From Hyphochytrium catenoides (Eukaryota; Protista; Hyphochytriomycota), in contig FLMG01003868.1 of assembly GCA_900088475.1 (NCBI GenBank), positions 1 to 40,603 on the forward strand: a stretch of 40,603 bases of DNA. Direction: 5' to 3'. Positions 23,004-35,300 of the stretch are shown here, piece by piece; the stretch's first letter is position 1, and the number at the start of each line of letters is the position of its first letter. The notes beneath the pieces are model-generated. The model searched no databases, was not told where the DNA came from, and saw nothing but the letters and a program-made list of their open reading frames with translations. A program made the position numbers and the translations under genes.

Positions 23004-24206
23004 ATGACGAGACACTTCTTTTCACTACCATCCTCCTTGTCTTCCTCTCTTTTTCTCATTGGCGGTACCACTCTGGCTCTCCTTCTATCTTCCGAGCCAA
23101 CAACAGCACTGCCTTCCTACGTTTCCCGCGTACCAAACGGTGTGTTATTTAGAGACACAGCGATTTATAGTGGTTCCTTCTGCGGTGGGGCTTCAAGGCC
23201 TTGCCCCTGTGGCGCCCTCGGCCATACAACCTGCAGCAGTGGCTCCAGTCGATCACTCTCGGCCTTTGGAAGAGCCTTTGATGCCGCTGGGTCCTGGACC
23301 AAGGAGCTTTGCAACGCAGATAGTGATGGTGATGGCCAAACCAACGGAGAAGAGCTTGGAGATCCGCTCTGTCAGTGGAAGGTGGGAGCAAAGCCTCAGC
23401 GGACGAGTGACCTTTCCCATCCGGGAGACCCTTCAAGTAAGTCGCTTGCTAGCAAGGGCCCAGGAGGAACGGCGGGCAACTCGTCCTCCAACTCTACTGC
23501 TAGCGGAGAGGGAGCAGAGCAGCCCTCAGGGACGACAGACTCAACCACATCCGGAGATGTCGATCTTCAGGTGCCTTCTAGGGTTATCTCTCATGCGGCG
23601 CTGATGGCTACGGCTTATGCCCTGCTATTTCCTATTGGAGGGCTGATCCCTGCGCTTGTGAGGCCTGCTGGGCTGTTGGTAACTCCCCTGTGGTTTTACT
23701 GCCACCTCTCACTGCAGGTCATTGCTACAATTTTGGCTATTGCAGGTCTCATCGTCATCAAAGTGCATGTCGGCAGCTTCTGGGACACACTCGGGTCGAG
23801 TCATGGCCTGTATGGGATCATTGCCTTCACTTTGACAATCCTGCAGATGGTCATTGGCTTCATCCGGCCGGACCATCACCATCGCTTCCGACAGTTCTGG
23901 CACCTGGTCCATATCTTCTTTGCGATTGGGCTGTTTTTGGCACTGGTGGTCACACTGTTCGAGGGCATTGAGTTAATAAATGAGCAGTTTGGGGTGGACA
24001 GTGCGACGGCTTACACATCGTACGGAGTCTGGCTCGGTTGCTTCCTTATCTTCTCGGTTGTGGCTGCCATACGATTATACTTGGTGAAGAAGAGAGGGCA
24101 CAAGGAGACGGAAAAGGATCGGGTGCTGAAGGTGCTGGCTTCCGCCGCTGTTGGGGGAACATTGGTCACTGGAATCATCTTCGTTGCCATGGTTGCCTCC
24201 CTATGA
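23004..24206 (+). CDS. Signal peptide + temptin-like Cys-rich domain + Ser/Gly/Thr linker + cytochrome b561 (DOMON/FRRS1-type) transmembrane domain; intronless
   Basis: YVSRVPNG...CGALGH..C...FG..F...WTKELCNADSDGDGQTNGEELGDPLCQW...SHPG is the temptin-family signature. Four heme-ligand His in b561 context: HAALM..AY.LLFPIG, WFYCH..LQ, SHGLYG, W.LVH; also Q...GFIRP. Confidence 0.85.
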   Translation: MTRHFFSLPSSLSSSLFLIGGTTLALLLSSEPTTALPSYVSRVPNGVLFRDTAIYSGSFCGGASRPCPCGALGHTTCSSGSSRSLSAFGRAFDAAGSWTKELCNADSDGDGQTNGEELGDPLCQWKVGAKPQRTSDLSHPGDPSSKSLASKGPGGTAGNSSSNSTASGEGAEQPSGTTDSTTSGDVDLQVPSRVISHAALMATAYALLFPIGGLIPALVRPAGLLVTPLWFYCHLSLQVIATILAIAGLIVIKVHVGSFWDTLGSSHGLYGIIAFTLTILQMVIGFIRPDHHHRFRQFWHLVHIFFAIGLFLALVVTLFEGIELINEQFGVDSATAYTSYGVWLGCFLIFSVVAAIRLYLVKKRGHKETEKDRVLKVLASAAVGGTLVTGIIFVAMVASL

Positions 24207-26367
24207 AACGGGATTTTTATACTGTCTTAAGCAATGCCCTTCGTTCATAGTACTTGGTTCATAGAGAAATGCATTGCCTTCTGCTGCCCTTCTTCTTCTG
24301 CCCCTTGTCTATTCGTCTTTCTTATTCTTGGTTGATCAGTATTCATGATATGATCTGGGGCCACTCTGGCTGGGAGGCAAGAGTGTCTTTGACTTATTCA
24401 TAATAGATGTATAAAGCAGTGGTTTTTGTGTCTATCGGTTCACGGTTTGGCATCGTCGGGGGATCGTGGCAGTGGTGTTCATCACCAGCTGGCTGGCGAA
24501 ACCAAGCAACGGTTAGAGTGCGCGATAGGACACGTAAATCTGCCGCGATACTGCTTGAGCTGTTATGCAGGACCCGTAGCTATGGTGGGGGACCCCAATA
24601 ATGGAGAACTACCTTGCTTTTTTGTAGAGGACCACAACCACCAGTCCTATTCAAAAGACAGCGGGGATGCAAGAGATGGCACCTTCTGTCATCCCCTGGC
24701 TAGACCTTGGTGGACCTCGGTGCGCCGTACTGCTCCAAACAAGCTAATGACGTAACTCCTGCCTCTCCCATGCATTCCCTCAGTTCGGCACCTTTTAGTT
24801 CATGGGCAGCTGGATGGCATTCTGATAGGTGGAAGAAGGTTGCCATATACAGAAATAGAGAAGACTATAATACACTGAAAAGTCACTATAAGCTATATTG
24901 ACCTAGAAAAAAAGCGGAGAATGAACGATGACCTCGATCCCCAGGTAGATAGAAAGGTAATGCATGCCATGGCTAACGCGTGTGCCCTCCACCGTTGGTC
25001 TTTTTGCGTAGGTCTCTGCTGCACCGCAAGTATCTGCGGGAGAGGCAGGCCCATTGTCTCTGGGCTTCTAGGTCATCGTCACTGTAGGCCATGCAGAGCT
25101 AGCGACGATGACTAGAGTACGTCGTGACCGGGTGGCCAAAGAGGCAGGAGAACAAAGAACAACCGCTTGAGGATTGCGAGGCAGGAGGCCTGACAGTGAA
25201 GAAGGCGGGTGGCGCCACCGAAGAGACAGAGCTTTTTCCAACGATAGATAAGGAAAGAGAGCCAATAAGATGCTGTCGTATCTTCTGCGGGGCAAGTTCT
25301 TACCAGAGATCCATGGCAATAACTGGAAAAAAAATCCGAGCGTCTGTCAGAACACCCCAAGGTCCGTCTGTGTTCCCGATAGGCGTGGCGATCTCAACCC
25401 TTATTCCTGGGAACTGGAACAATTATTCCTGATATGATTTAGTGGTAAAGTTGGTAGCCCAAAGAATCCAGTGTTGGTGCCTCTATAGACAGCACTATCC
25501 CCTCCTCTCATGTACCCTGCTTGAGCGGACATTTTGGGCTGGTTCTAAGAGGGATGGTGAAAGGACCTCTAAAGGCAAACAGAGTCAGACAAGAGCAGCC
25601 ATTCAAACAGCTTATCAAATGGGAGAGACACAGAAAGGAGGAGGAGAAACGAATAAGAATCATCATCCTTGATTTCTGGCCGAAAGAGTCATCTCGCCAT
25701 CAACACAGGACTTCAAGATCTTCGGAAAGATTTCACATTACGGCACAAGCTCGGGATCAAGAAAGATACCATATATAACTTAACAGGAGACGAAAGAAAT
25801 CAAGGTTTCACGGAACTTTGCAACGTTTCCACACTTTAGGGGACTTTCGTGCGAACACAAAGACAATTTTCACGACTCTGACTTGGCTAATCGTTAACCG
25901 CCTATAATAACTGAAATCTAGCAACTGAAAGGCATCTTCCTGATCGTTAGCCGGACCCGGACTTTGGTGAAGATGGCGGTCAAAGAAAGAGCGCAACAGA
26001 GAAAGAGATTCAGCCTGCGAAAAAGTGTTTTTTTCGGGAATGCAGAGAGAAAAAGGAGATTTCGCAAAGATCCACAGACAGAGATCTCGCATTGCCTTTA
26101 TGCTGGCAGCACAGGCTGCAAGAGTCATTATCCAGAAGTACTGAACATTTTAACAGTTTCCATATTGAGAGTATTAAGGAAGTGTCCTTTGTATAGTGAA
26201 AGCAGCCCCAACGCATAGGAAGACCTGCCGCGGGTGTTGGACCGAAAGTCAAGAGCACCCCGCGGCTTGCTAAGATAGTCTCCTCTACGTCATTCTCCTC
26301 CTTGGGTGCGGGTGCTCCTGCTGAAAGCGGAAGAGAAAATACATCTGCCCTGTCTCCTTTCACCAGC

Positions 26368-29300
26368 ATGGAAGGCGCAGCTACCGCTGGTGCTCCCTCC
26401 ATCGCGGAACAGGGCACCCCGAGCGTAAACGCTCTCACGCCCACGGGAAGCTCTACGGGCACTGAGACCTTCGCACGGCAGGCATGGGCGGCAATTGCTG
26501 ACGAGAGCAACGCAGAATATGCAGTGCGCCAATCCCTCTCGGCTAATCCGAACAATCCAGCCTTGGACCTTATGAAGTTGACGACACACATCGGGAAGGT
26601 TGTGCGAGTGCACAAGATGGCGGAGTCGCTCTTGAGTGAGCAAGAAACGCTTAGTCTTTACATGGAGAAGCTGACGGCCAGCGAGGATGAGTATATACTT
26701 GAGGCGGTCGATGAGCTTATCGCGCAGGTACACAAGAGACATAATAGCCTAGACGATGGGCATGTGCTTTCCCTCGCTTTCCCTTTCCTATTCTTTCTAG
26801 TCAGCATATACATCTACGGTTGCATCAAGGTTATAAGACGTTTGACCTGTCTCGTCATGATCTCCTGTCAAATCAACGTATAGGTCTTCCTAGTAATAGA
26901 GGTAGTGCGAAGCAAGCTTGCTCCTGAGCGTTACCGACGGCTGCTTGGCGTGTATGAGCGGCTTTGCATCTCTCTTTTGGGTCATGAGAACCAGGAAGCG
27001 CGGGAGGATGCTGTGCGATTGTTAAATGTCATCTACGATAGACTCGACTGGCAGTTCTATAACGCACATGTGCCTGTCATAAGGTACAGAACTACTGATA
27101 GTCCCCTTTCGCCCAGTCCTGCGTCACCACGACGTTCCCTTTGTCTTCTCTTTTCCTGGTCATCGAGCTATTGTTGCGCCTCTACAAGGCCTTCCTACTA
27201 CATCTTCTATCTTACGGTCCTCACTCTCCTGTGTCTACCCTTAGGTGTGCAGGCGATGCCTTCGACGTGTCCGCTATCGTCCAGTTGAGCGCTGAAGTGC
27301 CTGGGGAGCCGTCTCTGATGCTCTCTGCACCTCCTTTCTCACCCTCTTCAAAAGGAGAGAACATTATCACTTTTCACAAGCCAGACGTTAGAGAAGCGGC
27401 TGAGATGGTTGGGCCCCAATGTGTAAGGCTAGGGAATATCTTCAGGGAGTTTCCTAGAGCAGGTTAGTTGGTCGCGAGTCCTGAACCCCTTCTCTCTCTC
27501 TTTGTTAAGCCTAGACTATTTATGCCAAATTCTGAGTCAGCTGCTTTATCTCCCTTAGCGGCCTCAGCTTAGCTCGCTTCATGTTTAAGCGCGCCTCACA
27601 CGCAGACAGAGAGGTCTCCACAACGTTTGCTGCTTCTACTTCTTCTGTCATTTAGGTTGTCTTCTAAGTCTCTGCATGACTTCTCTCTTTGCACACTCTC
27701 TTAGGGTTCTATGATTGGCGGTACGTCTTCGTAACCTCAACGGGAGACCTCCTTCCTTTGAAGCTGCCGAATGGAGACATTGCACAAGGAAGATTTGTCG
27801 TGCAGCCACGAGGACTCAGAGAGGAGATGTTGCACGAGCTCGTAGTGGACATGACAGGGCAAAGAGGGGACCCAGAAAAGGAACAAGAAGGAGCCAGGGA
27901 TATTGGCACTTTCCACAATGTTTATGAGATTATACCTTCTTTGCTTCAAAAAGGTGAAAAACAAAGCTTGTCCTTCGTCCCATTCCTTGGCGCTACTTCT
28001 TTGCAAGTAATGCAATGACGTCCGCCACTAGCGTTCACTTATTGCTGGATCTCAGAGTGGACACTATAAGACACTTTGCTGACTCTCCTGGACTACCATG
28101 TTACCCATAATGACCAAACGACCCTTATGAGACGACCCGAAGAGGTCTCTCGTGCTGCTGTCTTGCTGCGTGTCTCCTTTTTTCCTACCTTTTCATTTGT
28201 ACCCCTACATGGGTCTAGACTGACTCAATTCCCCCCGGTAGGGTACTCGACTGTGTACGTGATGGGTGCACTTGAACGTGACAACGGTGTTCGGCCTGAA
28301 CAGCAGATTGGAGGCGAGACAGCCCTTGCTTGCGAACGCCCTGGAGCATCTCCAGTTGCGGTCACTTGCAGGAGGACGCCCAACAGAATGCTTGGAGGAA
28401 AGGCAGTCTTTCAAAAGGTAACAGGACAACAACGGAGAGCATGGAGGTGGTGAGAACGAAGGAGAAAGGGTGAGGGTGTGGGTCAGGCAGTTTGGGGCCT
28501 TTTACCGTGCTAAATGGCCAAGCGTGCATTGCACCGCTAAACGTCTGCCCTTTACTTCCTCTCTTGTACTCCCTCTGTAGATTACTGCGGCCGCAAAGTC
28601 TCAGGGCATGCGTATCATGACGCAGTGCAGCGCCAACATATCCGCTTCTCGGTATCATCGGCGGTACAGAGATCTCATAGTGAAGACTCTGGATGACAAG
28701 GGAGAGCTTGTCCCCCACAGAGGATCAGATGCAAAGGCTAACCAATGGGAGGATCAGGTGGCGTTACTGGCCTTTTGCTATTTCTCTCTATGTGCTCGCA
28801 CTTCCGCTACTCAGCCACTAGGAGTCTTCTTTCAATTGTCCTTCTTGCTAAAATGTTGCCTTTAATTTCATTCAACTGGCTCGTATCTCTCTTATATGGT
28901 GGTGTGGCTCTACATAGGTTCTGTTGAACTATCGCAAGCTGGAGACTTGGGAGGTGCTGGTTGAGGATGTTCTGGCCCTTCAGGCTCTTGGCGTCGGAGG
29001 CGTCTACGTCCAGCAGGCACAGGTCAAGGAGGCCTCCGTTGCTATCTCTCGGTCTTGTTTTGCCCTCCCTTGCTCCTTTTCCCGGAGCTTTGTTACTTAG
29101 AATGGCCCAAAGTTTGCACTTGCGCTTGTCTTCCCAGGCCATATGCTCTAATAAGGCTTGTGGCCTATGAGACTTAGCTACCATCTCCAATCCTCTGAAC
29201 TCAGCCTAGCTTGCTTTCTAAATACGGCTCTTATCTGTGCCTACCTCAATACTTTAAAACAGTCATGGCCACCCATCCTCGCTATCGACTCTGAGGAGCT

Positions 29301-32300
29301 GCGTCGTGTGGACTTGGACGGTGAGCCAGTGTATGAACAGGAGGACATTTTCTATGGCAATGTGGTCAGGACCAACGACGAGTTGGGCTTCTGGAGCACC
29401 CAGGCTGCGGAGACGTGAGTGCGGCTTTCTCTTCCTCTTCTTCTGCTGCCAGTGATGAAATGTTTGAGGCTCTGTCTGCCCTTGCAAATTGTGCTCGCTC
29501 TTGTTGACGGGTATCGAATTACTGTGAGCCTCTCAACATGACATAGGCTGGCCTTCTCCCTATTTTGCAGGTACTCTGTCTGATACTTTACCTTACAGGT
29601 ATCCAAATCCTCTCCTTGTGAAGCTGGCGCGCACATTGTGGGCTCATGATCCGTCCTTCCTGTTGTTGGGTAAGACGTACTGGGGCCGTACAGGTGCTCT
29701 CGTCACGTCAGGTCTCGTACCTCGAGATATCGGGATGGCCGCTGCCATAGCGCAGGTCAGAGGACGAAAGGTGGACAAAGATGGAAGAGTAACACTGGTA
29801 AGCGGATTTCCTATCCTTCCCCCCTTCGGACGTTCTACTTCTATCTCCTGGCGCTTCAATCGAGTGTCTTGTTTCTTTCACGGACATTGAAAGCTTCCCC
29901 CTTGCGATCTACCCTCTTCCGTTCCAGGTAACACCGGCGAATCCTCCAATTCAGCCATTATACCTCTGGCTTGTCGATCAGTGCCAACTGCCTGAGGGAT
30001 CGTTGCCAGTACAAGTCCGCAGTATTTGTCAGGTAAAAAATGTCCTTTCCCGGTTCACAACCTCTGCGCATTCTTTCCCCCTCTCTCTACCCCTCTCTCT
30101 CTCNNNNNNNNNNNNNNNNNNNNNNNNNNNNNNNNNNNNNNNNNNNNNNNNNNTCTCTCTCTCTCTCTCTCTCTCTCTCAGTTGCTCTGTATCGCTGGCC
30201 AGTGTCCATTCAAGTTGAAGATAGTTGGCTTTATCCCTTTCTGGGCGCTGCCCGCTGAGTCTCCTGTGTATTTCGTGGGCTTTTCTAATAGCGCTTGGCA
30301 GGAAACTCTCCCCTATCCCGCTCACCTGTTCGGCCGAACCGCCTGGACTGCAATTGACTTGATGTACCTACTTCCTGGTCTCCCTATGACCTTCATTGGC
30401 GAGGAAGAGGGTGCAGTCTACCGTATGGATTTGGGGAATATTTACTCTAAAGAAAGAACGGAAGAATGGAGAATGAGGGAAAGGGAGGAAAAGCTACAGC
30501 AGCAGGTAACAGCGAAAAGACAGCAAAGGACTCTCACCTGAGGAAAGGAGTAGAGAAGGGAGATAGTTCTAATGTATGGGCTTTGTCTTATACCAGATGG
30601 AGCGTGAACGACGCCGCATGGAGCAGAAGCGCCGATTGGCTTTGAGGGCCATCCAGGAGCCATCTCCTGGCCCTGCGTCCTTCACGGGCTCTTCCTCCCA
30701 CTCTCTAGCGCGGACCGGCTCCAGTGCTTCCCTCAAGAATAATAAGACGGGCTCTAACTCTTCTCTTCAGGGTTTAGACAACGACGTAAGTATGAACGGT
30801 GAGATAGAGTGGATAGACGTCAGCAAGACTAGAAGAGGACGGTTGGCCATTGGCTTATCGCAAGCGCCCGTGCTATAACTGATCTGCTTTTGTAATTGAT
30901 CGCTCTGTGTCGTCCTTGGAGGTCTTTTTAAGTATACATCTACCTTAGTTAAGATGGCAGGCCTGCACCCTGCTGAAACCTCCTCACCCATCTCCTTTCA
31001 GGTGTCGAACCTCCGCCTTTCCCGTAGTGGGAGTCTTACGGGAGGAGACTCTGACAACTCAGTGTGGCGGCCTCCTCTCCAGTCTTTGCATCATCAGAGC
31101 GCTGCTTCTCTCTCTACAGTGAGTAGCACAGAGAGCCTGAGGAAGATTCTAGAGAAGGCGTTGCAAGAGGAAGGCGAGATGGGAGAGCACCTTGGAATGA
31201 GCTCTAATAGCTTGCAACGGTAGGCACTGTCATCGGAAGTTCTTCCCTACTCCCTAAGTCTTTCATGCTTCTTGCAGATCGCTTTCCTCTAGCTGGTACT
31301 CGCCCACCTTCTCCTGAGCATGCATACTTCCATTGATACCTACACCTCACTCTATGTGCACCGAGGTCCTAAGTATTTATTCGCAGGGTCCAGAGCTGGT
31401 CTGCCTTTGAGGCCTCAATACCAAAGGAGCTTGAGGAGCCCACGAAGACAGTCAGCACTGAAGCTCCAGAGGGCTTGCCAAAGGTGCCAGCCTGTTTTCC
31501 CTCTCCCATTCTTTATCCATCCCGTCAGTCCATTTGTTTAAGGCCGATGTCGTAGGCCCATCTTTGCCTTATTTGGTCGCATAACTGCCTCGCAAAGTGC
31601 CGTCTGGTCACCCTTCCTCTCTTGTCCATGTAGGCGCGAAGTGCGTCACGAGTAGATGTTTTGAATCACAAGGCTCTGGCACAGTTGGAAGCCAAGGCGC
31701 GCGCTGACTTAGGTCCAGAGTTTGGCTTCGATCTTGGAAAGATTTACCTTCACTACCAGCACAGACAGCAGCTGAGGAGAGAATCTGAGGTAAATCTCTT
31801 CCTTCCTTGGCCCTCTTCCATCGCAGATTTGACTCTTCTCTCCATTTGTTCTTGGATTCCTGCGCTTTCAAAGCTAGTGCAGTTATTTGCTACTGATAGC
31901 CGTTTTCCGTGGTACAACCTCAACACAAGGCCAGAATGCTCTTTTGCTTTCCTGTTAGTTCGGCCATTCACATTGCTCTCTCCTTTTGCCATACCTTCTA
32001 GCCTTTAGACTAAGTCCTCTGATTGTCTAGGTTCTTCGCCACGGCTTGACGGGTGTCATTGAAGCTCGGAAGCCAAGCTCCTCACAGGCCCACGACTTCG
32101 TCTTCGCCTTTGTGCGTTGGATCCCTGAAGGGCCGGAAAGACCACCCACCATCCCCCAGGTTTGAAAGAGATTTCAGAGAGAAGAATGTGACCTCTTGCT
32201 ATTTTTTTTCGTCCTCAGTTGGCCATTGTTTTTTCAGAAAGAAACATGAAAAGCTTGCATGTTTCCCAGCCTCTGGCTATATTCCCATTAGCTTTACAGG

Positions 32301-35300
32301 CGGCCACCACCGGCTTTTGTCACCGGTTTCTTTGACGCAGAAGAATTCTTTTATGCGTATCTCAGTGGTCCCGATCTTCCCTCTTTGACATTAAATGACT
32401 CCTCTGTTCCTCCCTGACCCCTTGTCTCCCTCAGGCAAAGGAGGTTTGCTTGATTGCCAGCAACTTCTCTACAGAGCACGCGAACTTTACGCTGCATCTT
32501 GAGCCACTTAAATTTTTACTGGAAGCTGAGGAGGCTGACCAGCCTGAAGAGGAAGAAGAAGGAGAACTGGGGGAGAGGAGAAGAGGCAAAAGCAGAGCTT
32601 CCTCTTCTGGTAGCTACACAAGCAGGATCACTGGCTTCTGGGAGTGCTCGGACCTTCTCCACGAAGGTAAGCATCTTGAAGGAGTCTTGTTCCTTTCTTC
32701 GTTAAATGCACCTCTGCCTTGTCCTCTTGGCCATTGACCTTGTTCGGTGTGTCCGAGGCTCTTTCTCACTTGTTTAGGCGCGTGTCCTGCGTAATGCTGC
32801 GGTGTCTCTCCTTATATCCTCGTCGTACTTCTTTAGGTTTCGCTGAGGAGATCAAGAACGATGCCATCTCTTCCTATGAGCTGCTGCACAACCTGCTCCC
32901 AGTATCCCTCAGGCCCCATGCCTCCATGTGCCTACATCTACGTTGGGTCACTGAGACCCCAGAGGAGGCTGAGAGGCGGCTAATGACCTCTGCTTTGGGA
33001 AGAATTAGGAGGGCTCTGAACGCCACCGAGTACGAGCCCAGCAGTGGCGGCCCTACGTTCAACCCTAGCGATGAAGAGATTATGGAGCAGCTGAGAAATA
33101 ACTTTGTTTTCATGAGGTTTGAAAAGGCTCTTAGGGCCGCTGCAGAGGTAAGGCAGTGCCAGTGCTGCCACAGCGCTAGAATTAGTCTACCATTCACCTA
33201 GCAGCTTTGACACACATTCCAAAGTCTCTCGGCGTCATCTAACGCCTTATTTCTCTCCCTCTCTCTCTCGTTTACCGTTCTGTCATCGCTTTCCTTATCT
33301 TTAGAACCATGAGGATGCGCCGTTGGCCCTCCTCTTGGCTTTGCGGCCTTTGCAGAAGATTCTCCACAGCGGCGGTGCCGAGGTGACTGATTTGATCAGG
33401 AAGACCCTCTTCTTTGCCGCGCGGTACTGCAACCAGAAGTATAACAATGCGCTCAGCGATGCCGATGTGATCACCATCTTACAGAGCCTTTCAGAGAAGG
33501 GGGCAGAGCCAATTGTCGGGACAAGAGAGGTGAGAACAAGAACAAACGGGACATGGCTGGGCCTTGATAAACCTCCTAATGACGGTCTCCTCTTCCTCTT
33601 CTCGGCCCTTCTAGAGCGTTATGGAGGTCGACATCTCCTCTTTTATCAGCACTACGGCAGACCCGAAGGCAGCGGGCAGTTTTACCTCTGGGAAGGCTGC
33701 CCTTCCCCCAAAAGAGCTGCCGCTCAGTGAGAAGTTAGCTGGACGCTCCCTTCTCTCTTCCTCCACGACACTTGCATCTCCATCTCTTGTTTCTGCTTCA
33801 TCGCTTCTCTCTTCTTCTCCGCACATTTCCAAGCTCGCCGCGCAAATGTTGGAGAGTAACAAGCTGGGCCCCATCGTTTTCATTGCTCCTGAGCTAGGGA
33901 GATGGTCCACTGGTAACATCTCCCTCTCTCATTATTATCATTAAGCATCTTGGACATATCGTTGCAAGCTTCTCGCTCTTATTCTCGTCGCGTGCCTCTC
34001 TCTCTCGTCGCATGTCTCTTTCTTACTCCTGATAAGAGTCGTCTTCTGGCAGTCTTTGTTCCCTGGCAAACTACACCCCTTTGAGGCTTGTCCTATCCAC
34101 ATTCCCTTTCTAGCTCTGCCTGTTACTCACTTAGTTGTCTTCGCAGTTGGCGGTCTGGGTGTAATGGTGGATGAGCTGACTCGCGGCCTAGCCCAACTTG
34201 GCGCGTCGGTGACTGTGATCTCCCCTTACTATGAGCGGAACCGGAAGGGCCAGACGGGATACCTGGCCAAAGACAACATCCACTGGAAGAGGTGGAGCCC
34301 CTCTTTCTCCAATGATCTTTGTTTTAACTCGCATATTTTCTCCTTTGCTTTTGTGAAGGAAGAATGGAGGCTTCTAATGTTCTAAGACTTGCCCTTGTGG
34401 AGGATTGACTAGTTATGGGTCTAAGCACTTCTTGTGCTGCTTGCCCTCTCAGGAACCTTCACATCCGGGTGGGCGGCGTCTTTATCGAGGCAGGAATCCA
34501 TGAAGGAAGAGTGAATGGCGTACACCTCCTCTTCATCCACCACAGCCAGATATTTCCCTATCCTTATCCCTCGGGCAATGCCTGGCATCAGGTAGGCATC
34601 CGTAGAGCTCTCCCAGGTCTTGGGCCCTTTCTTGTCGCGTCTCATAGCGCAACGTGGGCCGTATTCTACGCCGCCGGTGTACCGGGCAAAGACAACAAGC
34701 GAACCTTTCCGCTTTATGTGCCTGCTTTAGCCGATGCGTCGTCTCCTATGTCACTTTGCATTGTGACGGACGATCTCTCATACATTGTCCCTTCCTCAAA
34801 CTGCTCCTCCTTTTACCGTGGATGACTAGGTGCGCATGCTTTCCTTTGTCGCAAAAGCATCTTTGGAGGCTCTCTGCCAGCTGCGCCTTATCCCGTCCTT
34901 AATCGTGACGAATGACTGGTAAGAGTCCTGAGAGATTGCATAGTAGAGAGAACGATAGAGAGAGGAAAGTCAAGTCATGAAAGCACCACCGCGATCTCTG
35001 CCTGTCCTCACTCTTTCGCATTTTCCCTTGCATTTTCCCTGCTAACTGATCATATTCTCGCAGGTTTGCGGGCTTGGTAGCTGCCTACGCCCGCACGGGC
35101 CATTTTGGTCGGCCTTCTGTCTTCTCTGGTACAAAGTTCCTTCATTTGGTGCACAACCTGGATGAGAATTATGAGGGAAGACAGTACCCAGCACCGCATG
35201 AAGGTAGAAAGAAAAGCAGCCAATGGTCTCTCTCATCGTCTGCCCGCGGCCTTGCGCCAAGACCGCGAACTCACGCGAACTCAGGCTCCAAGTACTACTC

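Noticed and set aside
29452-29583. Intronic C/D-box snoRNA (GTGATGA ... CTGA); a similar pair at 13680-13724
   Set aside because: No terminal stem or recognisable guide, and spacing is unconvincing; such motifs arise by chance.
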